NCBI GenBank assembly: GCA_028711065.1
Contig: JAQTSY010000002.1
Coordinates: 8,263 to 72,262 of the forward strand
Reading direction: 5' to 3'
DNA: 64,000 nucleotides
Origin: Minisyncoccota bacterium
Lineage (GTDB): Bacteria; Patescibacteriota; Minisyncoccia; Phycocordibacterales; JAQTLZ01
Numbering within the stretch: position 1 is the stretch's first letter; each line of letters starts with the position of its first letter. A program made the translations under genes and the position numbers. This document shows positions 1 through 9,260 of the stretch, in pieces. Under the pieces are notes generated by a model. It was not told the origin of the DNA. It searched no databases and worked only from the letters and a program-made list of their open reading frames with translations.

Positions 1-726
1 ATTTCCCTGTACAAATGCCGGTCCCGGATTTCTCCCAACCGCTCCCCACGAATGGGCGTAGGAAATATCGTAGTTGAAGGAAATCGGTTTCGAGTTGAGG
101 GAGAGTCCGGTATTTTGAGAACCGGAAAATCCAACCCAACTAAACCATCCGCCTTCTGGCGCTTTACTCCCGAGCGGTTCGAATTCTCGGATTTTTACAT
201 ACGGAACGAACTGCTTGATTTTCATACCGACCATGTCGACTTTCAAATCGGCGGCGAAGAGATCGTTGTCGATTCTTTTCACTCCGCCGTTTGGCCCTTC
301 GAGATTGAATTCGCTCACCGTGACATTTGTCTTCACCCAGCCTTTCCAGGTGTTGACCCATCCGGCGTAGAAATCTATCTCGTCGGCGAAATTTTCTCCG
401 TAGTGACCCTTGAGGTCGAGTTCTACAGAATTCCAAGTGCCGACGTAGACGCTTCCCAGATTGGTCTGGTAGGCGGCGGAGAAATCTACCACTCCGATCG
501 GCGCCTTGGTCAGGGTCACGCCGACTGCTGTCGTGTATTCAGAGAGAAGTGAAGTTTTGAGACTGAAACTCAAGCGACTCTCTTTCTTCTCTGTCTCCGG
601 TGGCTTTGGCCTTTCCGATTCGGTCAGATCGGGCACTCTTTCTGGAGCCAGCTCGATCTTTGGCGCTTCCGCTCCCCACATGAGAGCCGGGAAGAGCGCC
701 ATTACAGCAACAAACATTCTGCGCAT
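1..726 (-). CDS. partial secreted beta-rich protein (signal peptide MRRMFVAVMALFPALMWGAEA); runs off window start; putative outer-membrane-like protein, foreign-looking
   Basis: Open minus-strand frame from ATG (724-726) to position 1 with no stop. GGAGGG Shine-Dalgarno at 735-740, 8 nt upstream. Local GC above window average. Absent from ORF track because no in-window stop. Confidence 0.45.
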   Translation of the reverse strand, partial: MRRMFVAVMALFPALMWGAEAPKIELAPERVPDLTESERPKPPETEKKESRLSFSLKTSLLSEYTTAVGVTLTKAPIGVVDFSAAYQTNLGSVYVGTWNSVELDLKGHYGENFADEIDFYAGWVNTWKGWVKTNVTVSEFNLEGPNGGVKRIDNDLFAADLKVDMVGMKIKQFVPYVKIREFEPLGSKAPEGGWFSWVGFSGSQNTGLSLNSKPISFNYDISYAHSWGAVGRNPGPAFVQGN

Positions 727-871
727 GATCAATTCCCTCCGTTTTGAGGCCTTTAAACCTCGGTTTATGTTTCAATCAGACTACCCGATGAAGAGGATAG
801 CATCGATTGAATGAGTGGCACATACCACCTTATGGTGCTATACTACACCATATAGAAATAATCAAAAATAT

Positions 872-1627
872 ATGTCTTATACTGATCTCTTTTCGAAACT
901 TGATCTTTCAAAAAATGAATCAAAGATTTATGAGAGCCTTCTTATCGAGGGCGAATCGCCAATCGGGCACATTGCTACAAAATCGAATATCAATAGAAGG
1001 AATGTCTATGATTCGATGAATCGTCTTATTGAAAAAGGGCTGGTATTTGAGATCTTGCAGAAAAATGAAAATCGCTACAAGGCAGTAGACCCGCGAAAGC
1101 TCATGGAAGTGCTTAAAGAAAAAGAAACTGAACTTCAAAAAGTCATGCCGGACTTGGAGGAACTTTATAACGGCAAGCCTCATGAAGAAGATGTCTATGT
1201 GTATCGAGGCATTGAGGGTTGGAAAAATTTTATGCGCGATATTTTACGAATTGGACAGGATGCATATGTTATCGGAGGGAAAGGTGCATGGGCAGATCCG
1301 AAAATAGCAAATTTCCTGAAAGAGTTTCTCAAAGAAGCAGACAAGAAGGGTTTAAAGACCCATGCTCTGTATGATATTGAGATTCAAAAAACAAATCACC
1401 CAATTTTATCTCTCATCAATCGCGAACACAGATTTCTTCCTGAAGGATTTTCTTCTCCTTCAACGGTTACCGTTTTTGGAAATCAGGTAGTTGTGCAATC
1501 TGGTTTTAAAATTGGGCAGATTAATGAGAATGCTACTTGCACTGTTATTGTGAATGAATTTATCGCCGAGACTTTTCGGACCTGGTTTAAATTTATGTGG
1601 GAGGCGAGTAAAATCTCTGACAAATAG
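872..1627 (+). CDS. TrmB-family HTH transcriptional regulator
   Basis: N-terminus MSYTDLFSKLDLSKNESKIYESLLIEGESPIGHIATKSNINRRNVYDSMNRLIEKGLV matches the TrmB wHTH domain. Start moved to second ATG after a TATACT -10-like hexamer at 838-843. Confidence 0.6.
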   Translation: MSYTDLFSKLDLSKNESKIYESLLIEGESPIGHIATKSNINRRNVYDSMNRLIEKGLVFEILQKNENRYKAVDPRKLMEVLKEKETELQKVMPDLEELYNGKPHEEDVYVYRGIEGWKNFMRDILRIGQDAYVIGGKGAWADPKIANFLKEFLKEADKKGLKTHALYDIEIQKTNHPILSLINREHRFLPEGFSSPSTVTVFGNQVVVQSGFKIGQINENATCTVIVNEFIAETFRTWFKFMWEASKISDK

Positions 1628-1690
1628 TTTAGTTGCAGAGAGGTTTCGTTCTGGTAGAATTTAGTCATTATCCATTTTTCTTAAACTTAT

Positions 1691-2140
1691 ATGCCAATCA
1701 GCGGAATGCCTAGTCAGACAAAAACAGAAAACGCCCCAACTTCTCTTCGCGAGGATTTTGAGAAAGCTTCAATCATGGAACTCTGGAGGCAGTTTGTCGA
1801 TTTTCCCAAAGTTGTCAGTATCTCCATAAATAATAGCGCTAGGGAAATCCAGAATACTATAATTGAATCAAGAAAAAGAATGGCTGAAGAAGCTCTTCCT
1901 AGCACACCTTTACCGGCAGGGAAAAATGAATGGGTCGCTCCAAATATAGAAACAGGTGTTAGATCAGCAGAGGCATTTGAAATTGCAATCAGGAATCTTA
2001 CAGCTCCTGGGGGAACTATAGATGTTAGGATGGCGGAATTGCAGGAAGAGTTGGATTTGCTGAAAGCGATTTTCTATGTTAAATTGCAGTCTGCAACGAA
2101 TGAGGAACGCACTGCCATTGCAAGCCAAAAGATTGGCTGA
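1691..2140 (+). CDS. hypothetical protein
   Basis: 149-aa ORF, no recognisable motif. Confidence 0.35.
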   Translation: MPISGMPSQTKTENAPTSLREDFEKASIMELWRQFVDFPKVVSISINNSAREIQNTIIESRKRMAEEALPSTPLPAGKNEWVAPNIETGVRSAEAFEIAIRNLTAPGGTIDVRMAELQEELDLLKAIFYVKLQSATNEERTAIASQKIG

Positions 2141-2180
2141 TTGAGTTTCTCGACCCGAGCTCCGGAAAGGAGGCAATACC

Positions 2181-2516
2181 ATGGTGGCGCGGGAACATGC
2201 TGTCCATTTGGAAAGCTTGTACACGTTTTGTTTTAAGCGAGGCAGAGAAGTACTCTGGTTTGATTTGATGGGGCTCGTTTGGTATGCCCTCAACTATCAG
2301 AGGTTTTGGGCGCTTCGTACGCAGGCTGAAAAAGAGGAGAAGCTATGCCTCGCGGTAAAATTGGTGGACAAAGAGGTTGCCGCCAGAAAGGAGTTTGAAG
2401 GCGCCCTCGCTGATTTTTGCGAGGAATGTGAAAGAGAGGGTTTGCAGGTCGATGGCAATTTGTCGCCGTTCGATCTCTGCCAATACGAAGTCGAGATACG
2501 CCGGCGGGGCAAATAA
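2181..2516 (+). CDS. hypothetical small protein in higher-GC islet
   Basis: AGGAGG Shine-Dalgarno 7 nt upstream of ATG (2162-2167). 111 aa, elevated GC. Confidence 0.4.
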   Translation: MVAREHAVHLESLYTFCFKRGREVLWFDLMGLVWYALNYQRFWALRTQAEKEEKLCLAVKLVDKEVAARKEFEGALADFCEECEREGLQVDGNLSPFDLCQYEVEIRRRGK

Positions 2517-2649
2517 CCCTCCGGTTTTTCATTTCTGGCCAGGCAAAAAAGTTTTTCTTGCTGGCTCGCTTTTTCTGCGCTAGACTCACAGGAGGTTAGG
2601 ACAAAAGAAGGTTTCTTTCGGGAAGGATTCAAAGAAAGAGGGTGACCAG

Positions 2650-2982
2650 ATGCACAAAGAAATGGATATACCCTCTCTTTTTAGGTTTTGTTCGAAGGGT
2701 GGGCGTGAGAAGGAGTTGGCACTTCTCAATGAAGCGCTTGAGATTGGCCGTTGTCACGAGTTTTACTCGGCAAAGGTGCTCGCCTGTGAGAGGGGAGGAA
2801 GATGCATACCGCGCAAGTATCTCTGGTGGAAGCGGGAAACTCGCAGTATGTTTCGGGAGCGTCTGAAAAGGCTCTGTGCGTGCTGCCAACGGCACGGGTT
2901 TTCTTTTCCCGACTCATTTGAACCTTCTTTTTTCTGCGGGCATAAAGAATTTCTGCCGGGCAAGCATAAGAGATCAGTATAG
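2650..2982 (+). CDS. hypothetical Cys-rich small protein in higher-GC islet
   Basis: GAGGG upstream of ATG. 110 aa with several Cys pairs. Followed by hairpin 3033-3058. Confidence 0.3.
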   Translation: MHKEMDIPSLFRFCSKGGREKELALLNEALEIGRCHEFYSAKVLACERGGRCIPRKYLWWKRETRSMFRERLKRLCACCQRHGFSFPDSFEPSFFCGHKEFLPGKHKRSV

Positions 2983-3032
2983 CTTTACGGACACTTCGGT
3001 GTCTGTTTTTCTTTCAACAAAAAACCGCCCTA

Positions 3033-3058
3033 GGGCGATTTTTTGCTTGAGTAAACAG
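3033..3058. terminator. A/T-flanked hairpin (aaaaaaccgccctagggcgatttttt), bidirectional terminator-like
   Basis: GC stem with A-run before and T-run after. Confidence 0.5.
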
Positions 3059-3192
3059 TCGAGTGACTATAAACGAGGAGAATTCTACGAAGTTCAAGGC
3101 GGGAATGAGCACCGCGACCAAACTGTAGTAAACCTACTGTGCGGGAGCGAGCGGAATTCCCAACGCAGAAATTCGTGAATTCTGTTCGTTTA

Positions 3193-3465
3193 TTATTTTA
3201 CTGCGTCCTTGAGGGCCTTTGCTGCTCGGAATTTCGGAACCTTCATAGCTGCAACCTGGATAGATTCGCCAGTTCGAGGGTTTCGAGCTTGCCGTGCTGC
3301 TCGCTGTTTTACTGAAAAGATACCAAGACCTGCTATAGAAACTTCTTCTCCTTTCTTAAGAGAACCTACAATGCCATCAAGCATCGTATCAACGAGCTGT
3401 TCTGCTTGTACTTTTGTGGTGCCGAGCTTCATGTGCACCATATCCACTATTCCTGCTTTATTCAT
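3193..3465 (-). CDS. hup: DNA-binding protein HU
   Basis: 90 aa; MNKAGIVDMVHMKLG...GLGIFSVKQRAARQARNPRTGESIQVAAMKVPKFRAAKALKDAV is a classic HU/IHF fold signature. Confidence 0.9.
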   Translation of the reverse strand: MNKAGIVDMVHMKLGTTKVQAEQLVDTMLDGIVGSLKKGEEVSIAGLGIFSVKQRAARQARNPRTGESIQVAAMKVPKFRAAKALKDAVK

Positions 3466-3661
3466 ATTGTTATAACTTACATATCCGGCGCATTTTTTCG
3501 TTGCCTGCTCGTTTGCTCCTGCAATGTACTATTAAGTACATTTTAGTCGCAAGCCTCACAGTCGCCTCAAACTGCATCCGTATCTGTAAGTTCTATTTAA
3601 TTATCAAGCTTTTAAAATCGACCTTATTTATTTTTCTCGGAGAAAAGTGTTGTTTCTCCTT

Positions 3662-3701
3662 CCTGTAATGTACTTTCCCATTATATTACAGGGCTTTTTT
3701 C
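3662..3701 (+). terminator. Hairpin cctgtaat-N15-attacagg followed by TTTTTT
   Basis: 8-bp stem plus T-run on plus strand in the 3466-3802 intergenic region. Confidence 0.35.
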
Positions 3702-3746
3702 ATGCAAGGCAAGGAAAATTGGGCTATAAACGGGGGAGGAATGCAA

Positions 3747-3786
3747 GAGCCCGGCACCTTCTTCGGAAGGTGCCGGGCTCTTTTCC
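3747..3786. terminator. Strong hairpin gagcccggcacctt/aaggtgccgggctc followed by TTTT; downstream of rny
   Basis: 14-bp perfect stem, loop cttcgg, T-run on plus strand; 17 nt past rny stop. Confidence 0.6.
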
Positions 3787-3802
3787 CTATTTTATGTCCT
3801 AA

Positions 3803-5332
3803 TTACCTCGCAAATTCGATAGAACGTGATTCTCGAATGACATTTACCTTGATTTCTCCAGGGTAGCGGAGCTCATTTTCTATCCTAACAGCTATATCTC
3901 GAGCCATAGTTTTGGCTTCTACGTCAGTCACATCAGCTGGAGTGACAAATATTCGTATTTCCCGCCCTGCTTGGAGTGCGTATGATTTTTCAACGCCCTT
4001 AAAGCTGTTTGCGATAGCTTCGAGGTCTCCAAGTCGCTTCAAGTAGTTCTCTACGGAATCACGTCGTGCTCCTGGGCGTCCACCAGAGATAGCATCGGCA
4101 GTCTGGACGATGATTGATTCGATAGTTTCGTATGGATATTCACCATGATGAGCTTCCATCGCCTTCACAATGAGCGGATCCGCGCCAAATTTCTGAAGAA
4201 TTCTTCGTCCAATCTCTACGTGAGTACCAGTTACTTCATGGTCTACTGCTTTTCCAATGTCGTGAAGGAGGCATCCTGCTTTTGCAATGTTTACGTTTGC
4301 GCCAAGCTCTTCCGCGAGCATTCCTCCAATATGAGCCATCTCAATTGAGTGCTGGAGAACATTTTGGCCGTAACTTGTTCTGAAATAGAGTCGTCCGAGG
4401 ATGGAAATAATTCTTGGATCGAGGTTGAACACCCCACATTCATACGCTGCTTGCTCGCCCTTCTCTTTAATAATTTTATTGATCTCCAATTTCGCCTTTT
4501 CTACCATCTCCTCGATCTTTGCCGGCTGGATTCTTCCATCGAGAATGAGGTTCTCCAACGCTAACTTCGCGACCTGGCGCCGAATCGGATCAAAAGAAGA
4601 AATAGTGATCGCTCCTGGAGTATCATCTACGATAACTTCGACTCCGGAAGCTCGCTCAAATGTCTTGATATTTCGTCCTTCTTTTCCGATGATCTTTCCT
4701 TTGATTTCATCTGAAGGAATTGCGACGCTTGTAGAGAGCATGTCAGAAGAAACACTCGCAGCGAGGCGCTGGATAGTGGTCGAAAGAATATCTTTCGCCT
4801 TCGATTCAAGCTTTTCTTGTCCGGTCGTCTCGAGCTTTTTCATCCGGACCATGATGTCCTCTTCCGATTGTTTCTCAACGATCGCCAGGAGCTCCTTCTT
4901 CGCGTCTTCGGTAGAGAGGCGAGCGATTTTCTCGAGCTCTCCCCGCTTTGCTTCCTGTATTTTCTCCGTCTTATCCTTTATGTCTTTGATCTCAACAATT
5001 TTTGCTTTAATAGACTCGACTTCTTTGTCGATATCCATCTGACGCTTGTCGAGCGTATCTTCCTTTTTAATCAGTCTGTCTTCTGTTGCCTTTATCTTGT
5101 CTTCCCGCTCCTTCATATCGAGTCGGAGCTCTTTCATTGTCTCGGCAGCTTTTGTTTCTGCTTCGACGGTTATCTTCTTTGCGCTTTCTTTTGCCTCAAG
5201 GAGAAGGTTTTTGACCTCAAGTTCCACCGATCCCTTCTTCCCCAAAGAGATGATGAGCCGGAGATAATACCCGATGAGAATTCCCGCGACGCCGGCTATG
5301 CTCGCGAGGAGAAATGCTATTTTTAATGACAT
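3803..5332 (-). CDS. rny: ribonuclease Y
   Basis: N-terminal TM helix, coiled-coil region, KH domain (GKIIGKEGRNIKTFE), HD domain (HSIEMAHIGGMLAEELG...LLHDIGKA...HH). Confidence 0.93.
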   Translation of the reverse strand: MSLKIAFLLASIAGVAGILIGYYLRLIISLGKKGSVELEVKNLLLEAKESAKKITVEAETKAAETMKELRLDMKEREDKIKATEDRLIKKEDTLDKRQMDIDKEVESIKAKIVEIKDIKDKTEKIQEAKRGELEKIARLSTEDAKKELLAIVEKQSEEDIMVRMKKLETTGQEKLESKAKDILSTTIQRLAASVSSDMLSTSVAIPSDEIKGKIIGKEGRNIKTFERASGVEVIVDDTPGAITISSFDPIRRQVAKLALENLILDGRIQPAKIEEMVEKAKLEINKIIKEKGEQAAYECGVFNLDPRIISILGRLYFRTSYGQNVLQHSIEMAHIGGMLAEELGANVNIAKAGCLLHDIGKAVDHEVTGTHVEIGRRILQKFGADPLIVKAMEAHHGEYPYETIESIIVQTADAISGGRPGARRDSVENYLKRLGDLEAIANSFKGVEKSYALQAGREIRIFVTPADVTDVEAKTMARDIAVRIENELRYPGEIKVNVIRESRSIEFAR

Positions 5333-5523
5333 GGTGCGAAAGATTTCGCCTCCTTCTAGACTTTATACAGTGAGAGATTGCTTGTAGAACGGCTTAACAT
5401 AAGGGTTTTTGACAATTTGTCTCCTTTGAATATTCTAAGTCTTAATAAAAAAACGAAATCGTGAATAATGAATAAATGACTATAGCTTTATCATACAAGA
5501 TTTCGCTTTTTTGTCTATTAAAG

Positions 5524-5562
5524 AAAGAGCCCCCCGCTTGCATGCAAGCGGGGGGCTCTTTG
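5524..5562 (-). terminator. Hairpin gagccccccgcttg-catg-caagcggggggctc after clpP
   Basis: 14-bp GC stem flanked by A/T runs, just downstream of clpP stop. Confidence 0.6.
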
Positions 5563-5567
5563 CCCCT

Positions 5568-6167
5568 CTATTTATCTGACTCTTTCGTCGGTTCGTAGAT
5601 TTTGTCTACCACTCCGTATTTTTTCGCCTCTTCTGCCGACATGAAATAGTCTCGGTCGACATCTTTTTCAACTTGGGCCAGAGCTTTCCCGGTATTTTTT
5701 GCGAGAATTCTGTTTAGATTCGCTCTTGTTTTCAAAATATGTTTTGCAGTGATTTCGATATCAGATGCGCGTCCTTCCGCTCCTCCCCATGGCTGGTGGA
5801 TCATTACTTCGGCATTTGGGAGCGCGAATCGTTTCCCTTTTGCTCCGGCAGAGAGAAGAACTGCTGCACCAGAAGCTGCCATTCCTACACAAACCGTCGA
5901 GACATCGGGCTTGATGTAGTTCATGGTATCAAGCATCGCGAGCGTTGCTGTGACAGAACCTCCGGGAGAGTTGATATAGAGCTGAACGTCTTTCTTCGGA
6001 TCTTCGGATTCGAGGAAGAGAAGCTGGGCAATGACGATATTTGCTACAGTATCTTCGATCGGCCCTCCGAGGAAAATAATACGCTCTTTAAGAAGTCGCG
6101 AATAAATATCATAGGCTCGCTCGCCCATTGAGGTTTTTTCGATGACTGTTGGGATGAGAATAGACAT
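5568..6167 (-). CDS. clpP: ATP-dependent Clp protease proteolytic subunit
   Basis: 199 aa; ...[10 protein letters not shown]...[17 protein letters not shown]...MIHQPWGG; Ser-His-Asp triad context. Confidence 0.93.
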   Translation of the reverse strand: MSILIPTVIEKTSMGERAYDIYSRLLKERIIFLGGPIEDTVANIVIAQLLFLESEDPKKDVQLYINSPGGSVTATLAMLDTMNYIKPDVSTVCVGMAASGAAVLLSAGAKGKRFALPNAEVMIHQPWGGAEGRASDIEITAKHILKTRANLNRILAKNTGKALAQVEKDVDRDYFMSAEEAKKYGVVDKIYEPTKESDK

Positions 6168-6270
6168 AATCGGTAGTATTTATTGATAACAATGCCAGTA
6201 TAGCAAAAGCATTTTCCGATACAAGTTCGAGGTCTATTTTTTTATAACGAAATACGCTATGGTAGTAACC

Positions 6271-6966
6271 ATGCGACTCCACCGATTTTTCATTGAAAAA
6301 AAGCTCCAGGGGAAAGATACGATACGAATCCGAAATCGCGAGCTTCATCATCAGCTTAAGGATGTTTTCCGTTTTCAGATCGGGGCATCCGTGCTTCTCC
6401 TTGATAATTCCGGTTTTGAATTTGAAGCTGTGATCACCTCTTTTGAAGAGGGAAATTTGAATTTTAAAATTGTCGGGTCGGCAAAAGTCAAAAATATTCC
6501 AAAACGGGAAATTTATTTGTTTGCATCGCTCATCAAGAAAGACAAATTCGAATGGGTGCTTGAAAAGGGTACGGAAATCGGCGTGACTCATTTTATTCCG
6601 ATACTTTCGGAGAGGAGCGAGAAAAAATCTTTGAATATCGAGCGAGCGAAGAAAATTATTCAAGAGGCGTCCGAGCAGTCGGGGCGGGGAATTTTGCCGG
6701 AGCTTCACGAAGTGATGAAATTGGAGAGCGCTCTTTCGTCCACGTCAGGAGAAATCATCGCCTTCGATTTTTCAGGAATTCCTTTTAGAGATTTTAAATT
6801 GCAAGGTGATATTTTTAAAATATTTATAGGTCCAGAAGGAGGCTGGAGCGAGAGGGAATTGAAGCTGTTTCGAGACAAAAAGGCTTCCATCCTTTCTCTT
6901 GGTGAGCAGGTGCTTCGAGCCGAAACGGCCTCTTTGGCTGTTTCGGCCCTTCTCCTTCTTGTTTAA
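6271..6966 (+). CDS. rsmE: 16S rRNA (uracil1498-N3)-methyltransferase RsmE
   Basis: MRLHRFF... N-terminus and C-terminal SPOUT motif IFIGPEGGWSERELKLF...ILSLGEQVLRAETASLAVSALL. Start set to second ATG. Confidence 0.8.
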   Translation: MRLHRFFIEKKLQGKDTIRIRNRELHHQLKDVFRFQIGASVLLLDNSGFEFEAVITSFEEGNLNFKIVGSAKVKNIPKREIYLFASLIKKDKFEWVLEKGTEIGVTHFIPILSERSEKKSLNIERAKKIIQEASEQSGRGILPELHEVMKLESALSSTSGEIIAFDFSGIPFRDFKLQGDIFKIFIGPEGGWSERELKLFRDKKASILSLGEQVLRAETASLAVSALLLLV

Positions 6967-6987
6967 GGCTCGAATTTCTCTGAATTC

Positions 6988-6996
6988 CTATCCACA
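6988..6996. promoter_or_regulatory. DnaA-box-like site ctatccaca (8/9) upstream of secreted-protein gene 7078
   Basis: Near match to TTATCCACA; one of a recurring set. Confidence 0.3.
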
Positions 6997-7077
6997 GGAG
7001 GAAAGTATGTCTCCTGGTATACTAAAATTAGCATTTTTACTTTGTCCTCTTATTACTAACTAGTATCAATCTTTCGT

Positions 7078-8469
7078 ATGAAGAAATTTATAGGTATTAT
7101 CGTCATTGTTTTGATCGGAGTCGGTGTTTTTCTTTTCTTTCAAAACAATAATGGTTCTAATCTCTTGAGCAGTCTGACGGGCAGTGGGGATCTTGCTGCG
7201 ATCGGTGCCTTTGATGCCAGCTCTTTCTGTGCTTCTAATAATAATTCGATCAAAACTTGCAACACTGCGGGCGCAGGTATGTGTGAGCGCTATCTTGGTT
7301 CGTGTGTTCCTCAAGACACTGGTAAAAGTCTGCGTGTCGTGGTTTTTGCCTACAGCGCAGATCCTGCGAAGCCAGGGACAACTGATGCAGATAGGATTGA
7401 TCTTGTGAGAGGCGGATTTGGAGGAGAACCTATCTGGTTAACGGCAAATGCAATCCAGGTAGTAGTAACAAAAATGCCGAATGGATTCAGATCACGTGTT
7501 GTGAAAAATGTTCCGATTGGCAGCGTAAAATGGAATATCAAAGCGGGTTCTCTCGTCATAGCAAAAAACCAAACTTCTAGCGGTGCTTATAAAGTAACAT
7601 TGCCTGCGGGGCACGGGAGTTTAAAAGTTACGGCTGATGTGGCCTCTGCTTCCGGAGCCAGTGCTCGGGATAGTAAAGGTACTGCCGCAACTGTTATGAA
7701 GGGGTCAGGAAGCTATAGTGTTGTATACGGAGATCCATATATAAAATCGATAACCCTCACTGCCGATCCAACGACTATAGTAGCTCCTGGGAGTACTCAT
7801 GTTACTGTAAAAATTGATTCAAACGTTCCTTTCATATTCGCTCCTTACGGATTTTTTGATAGGGCTACTTATAGTTGCGAGTCAGGTAGTCCGAGTGTCG
7901 AATGGAATCATACCGATTTTTATTGCGGTTATAGTACCGTTGGCGAGAAAACCATTGTCTATTATGCACATGCAAAAGTCGGCGAAAAACAAGTGGGATT
8001 GACAGCTTCTACGAAAGTAACAGTTGTTGCTCCTACGCCTACTCCGACCCCAACTCGTGCTCCGACTCCGACACCTACCCCAACCGCGACTCCAACTCCA
8101 ACCGCGACTCCTGTCCCTACACCGACCCCAACGCCAGTTTGTCCTTACGGAGCGAGACGAACAAGCATTAGCTCTCCTCTTACAGCAAGCGGGATAGTTG
8201 GGCAGCAGTTCCATTATGGTCTCTCTGCGGGATACACACCTTACGGCGGCACATCTTATTATTACAAGTCTCATTTGGGCGCAACACCCCCTTTCCCTCC
8301 AGGATTGAGGGGAACGAATGGATTTGATGACACAGAGTATTCTATTGACGGTACTCCTACTACTCAGGGCACATATTCAGTTCCTATCCATGCAACAAAT
8401 ATATGCGGTACGGATAATGAGACACTCGTTATCACGATCACAGGACCATCTCCTCTTACAAGTCACTAA
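7078..8469 (+). CDS. secreted/membrane-anchored protein with Pro-Thr linker
   Basis: N-terminal hydrophobic anchor MKKFIGIIVIVLIGVGVFLFF; PT-rich linker APTPTPTPTRAPTPTPTPTATPTPTATPVPTPTPTP. Confidence 0.6.
   Translation: MKKFIGIIVIVLIGVGVFLFFQNNNGSNLLSSLTGSGDLAAIGAFDASSFCASNNNSIKTCNTAGAGMCERYLGSCVPQDTGKSLRVVVFAYSADPAKPGTTDADRIDLVRGGFGGEPIWLTANAIQVVVTKMPNGFRSRVVKNVPIGSVKWNIKAGSLVIAKNQTSSGAYKVTLPAGHGSLKVTADVASASGASARDSKGTAATVMKGSGSYSVVYGDPYIKSITLTADPTTIVAPGSTHVTVKIDSNVPFIFAPYGFFDRATYSCESGSPSVEWNHTDFYCGYSTVGEKTIVYYAHAKVGEKQVGLTASTKVTVVAPTPTPTPTRAPTPTPTPTATPTPTATPVPTPTPTPVCPYGARRTSISSPLTASGIVGQQFHYGLSAGYTPYGGTSYYYKSHLGATPPFPPGLRGTNGFDDTEYSIDGTPTTQGTYSVPIHATNICGTDNETLVITITGPSPLTSH
8032..8142 (+). 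repeat. Pro-Thr linker-coding low-complexity tandem repeat (ACNCCN units) within gene 7078
   Basis: Repeated ccgac/ccaac/actcc units encoding PTPT. Confidence 0.6.
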
Positions 8470-8492
8470 TTCCAGTTTCTCAGCGTATTTAA

Positions 8493-8523
8493 AACAAAAG
8501 CCCTTTGAGGGCTTTTGTTTTTC
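8493..8523 (+). terminator. Hairpin aaaagccc-tttga-gggctttt plus T-run after gene 7078
   Basis: Stem-loop with trailing TTTTT. Confidence 0.6.
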
Positions 8524-8573
8524 TAGCAGAACACTTTATTTTTCTGTTGTAATGTATGAGAGAGCAATCGCTA

Positions 8574-8582
8574 TGCTATAAT
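8574..8582 (+). promoter_or_regulatory. Extended -10 element TGcTATAAT upstream of gene 8628
   Basis: TGn+TATAAT located 46 nt upstream of ATG. Confidence 0.4.
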
Positions 8583-8627
8583 CAATAATTAATCAGGAAT
8601 TATTCGGTTAACTTCAAAAACAGTAAT

Positions 8628-9227
8628 ATGGAAATTAATAAAAAAAAGTATCTGCTTCTCGTAATCATTCTCGTTATCGCCGGATCTATTTTTTGGTATG
8701 CTCGCACTAAGACGACTCAACCTGCAATAGTCAGTGAGAGTCCTACTCCTCTTGTTGATTCTTTGGCCACACCGACTCCCTCTGCGACAAATCTTTCAAC
8801 ACCAACCTCGACAACCATACCCTCACCTTCTCCAAAGATCACTCCTCCTCCAATAACCATAAGATACGGTACTAGTACTCCTCCCTCGGTTACTTTGAAA
8901 GTGAATGGTTCTCATATCCCCGAAGCTGTCTCTTATAATTCGACTAATACGATTTCTTGGAAAACAACAGGGAACATTTTTGGTTGCGTTCCTGGCGGAT
9001 ATTATGTCCCGCTTGCCGATGCTTCCAGTACGCTTTGGAGTCGCCAAGGCCAAATGCAGCCCTCTGGTGCAGAAGAATTTATCGCGAAGATGCTCTCTGG
9101 AACACCGCCCGCAACTGGATATAAATATTTTTCTCCTCTCGAGCTTAATATTACTTGTACGGGGTATAGCGTAGATGGTGCGACAGTTACTGTGAAAGAT
9201 GCTATCAGTATTCCGGTAAATGAATAA
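8628..9227 (+). CDS. membrane-anchored hypothetical protein (Ser/Thr/Pro-rich stalk)
   Basis: N-terminal TM anchor LLLVIILVIAGSIFWY; STP-rich region. Confidence 0.55.
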   Translation: MEINKKKYLLLVIILVIAGSIFWYARTKTTQPAIVSESPTPLVDSLATPTPSATNLSTPTSTTIPSPSPKITPPPITIRYGTSTPPSVTLKVNGSHIPEAVSYNSTNTISWKTTGNIFGCVPGGYYVPLADASSTLWSRQGQMQPSGAEEFIAKMLSGTPPATGYKYFSPLELNITCTGYSVDGATVTVKDAISIPVNE

Positions 9228-9260
9228 TCTTTTGTAGAAAAAATACAAGCAATTCAGCTC

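Noticed and set aside
164-185. tRNA T-loop-like GGTTCGAATTC
   Set aside because: No matching acceptor or D/anticodon arms; the loop would be 13 nt; it lies inside a coding frame.
52-552. Plus-strand 166-aa ORF (and minus ORF 164-436) at window start
   Set aside because: They overlap the longer open minus-strand frame (1-726), which has a signal peptide and an SD. High-GC segments give spurious long ORFs on several frames.
2100-3200. RNase P RNA / tmRNA / SRP RNA in the GC-rich islets
   Set aside because: Conserved motifs (GGAAAGTCCGG, AGGGTGAAA..GGTGCGGTAAGAGCGCACC, GGTTCGAATCC...CCA tail, AGGTCAGGTCCGGAAGGAAGCAGC) were not found by eye; cannot be excluded without a covariance-model scan.
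4401-5326. Plus-strand ORFs (213 aa, 169 aa) antisense to rny
   Set aside because: Shadow ORFs within a well-supported conserved gene on the opposite strand.
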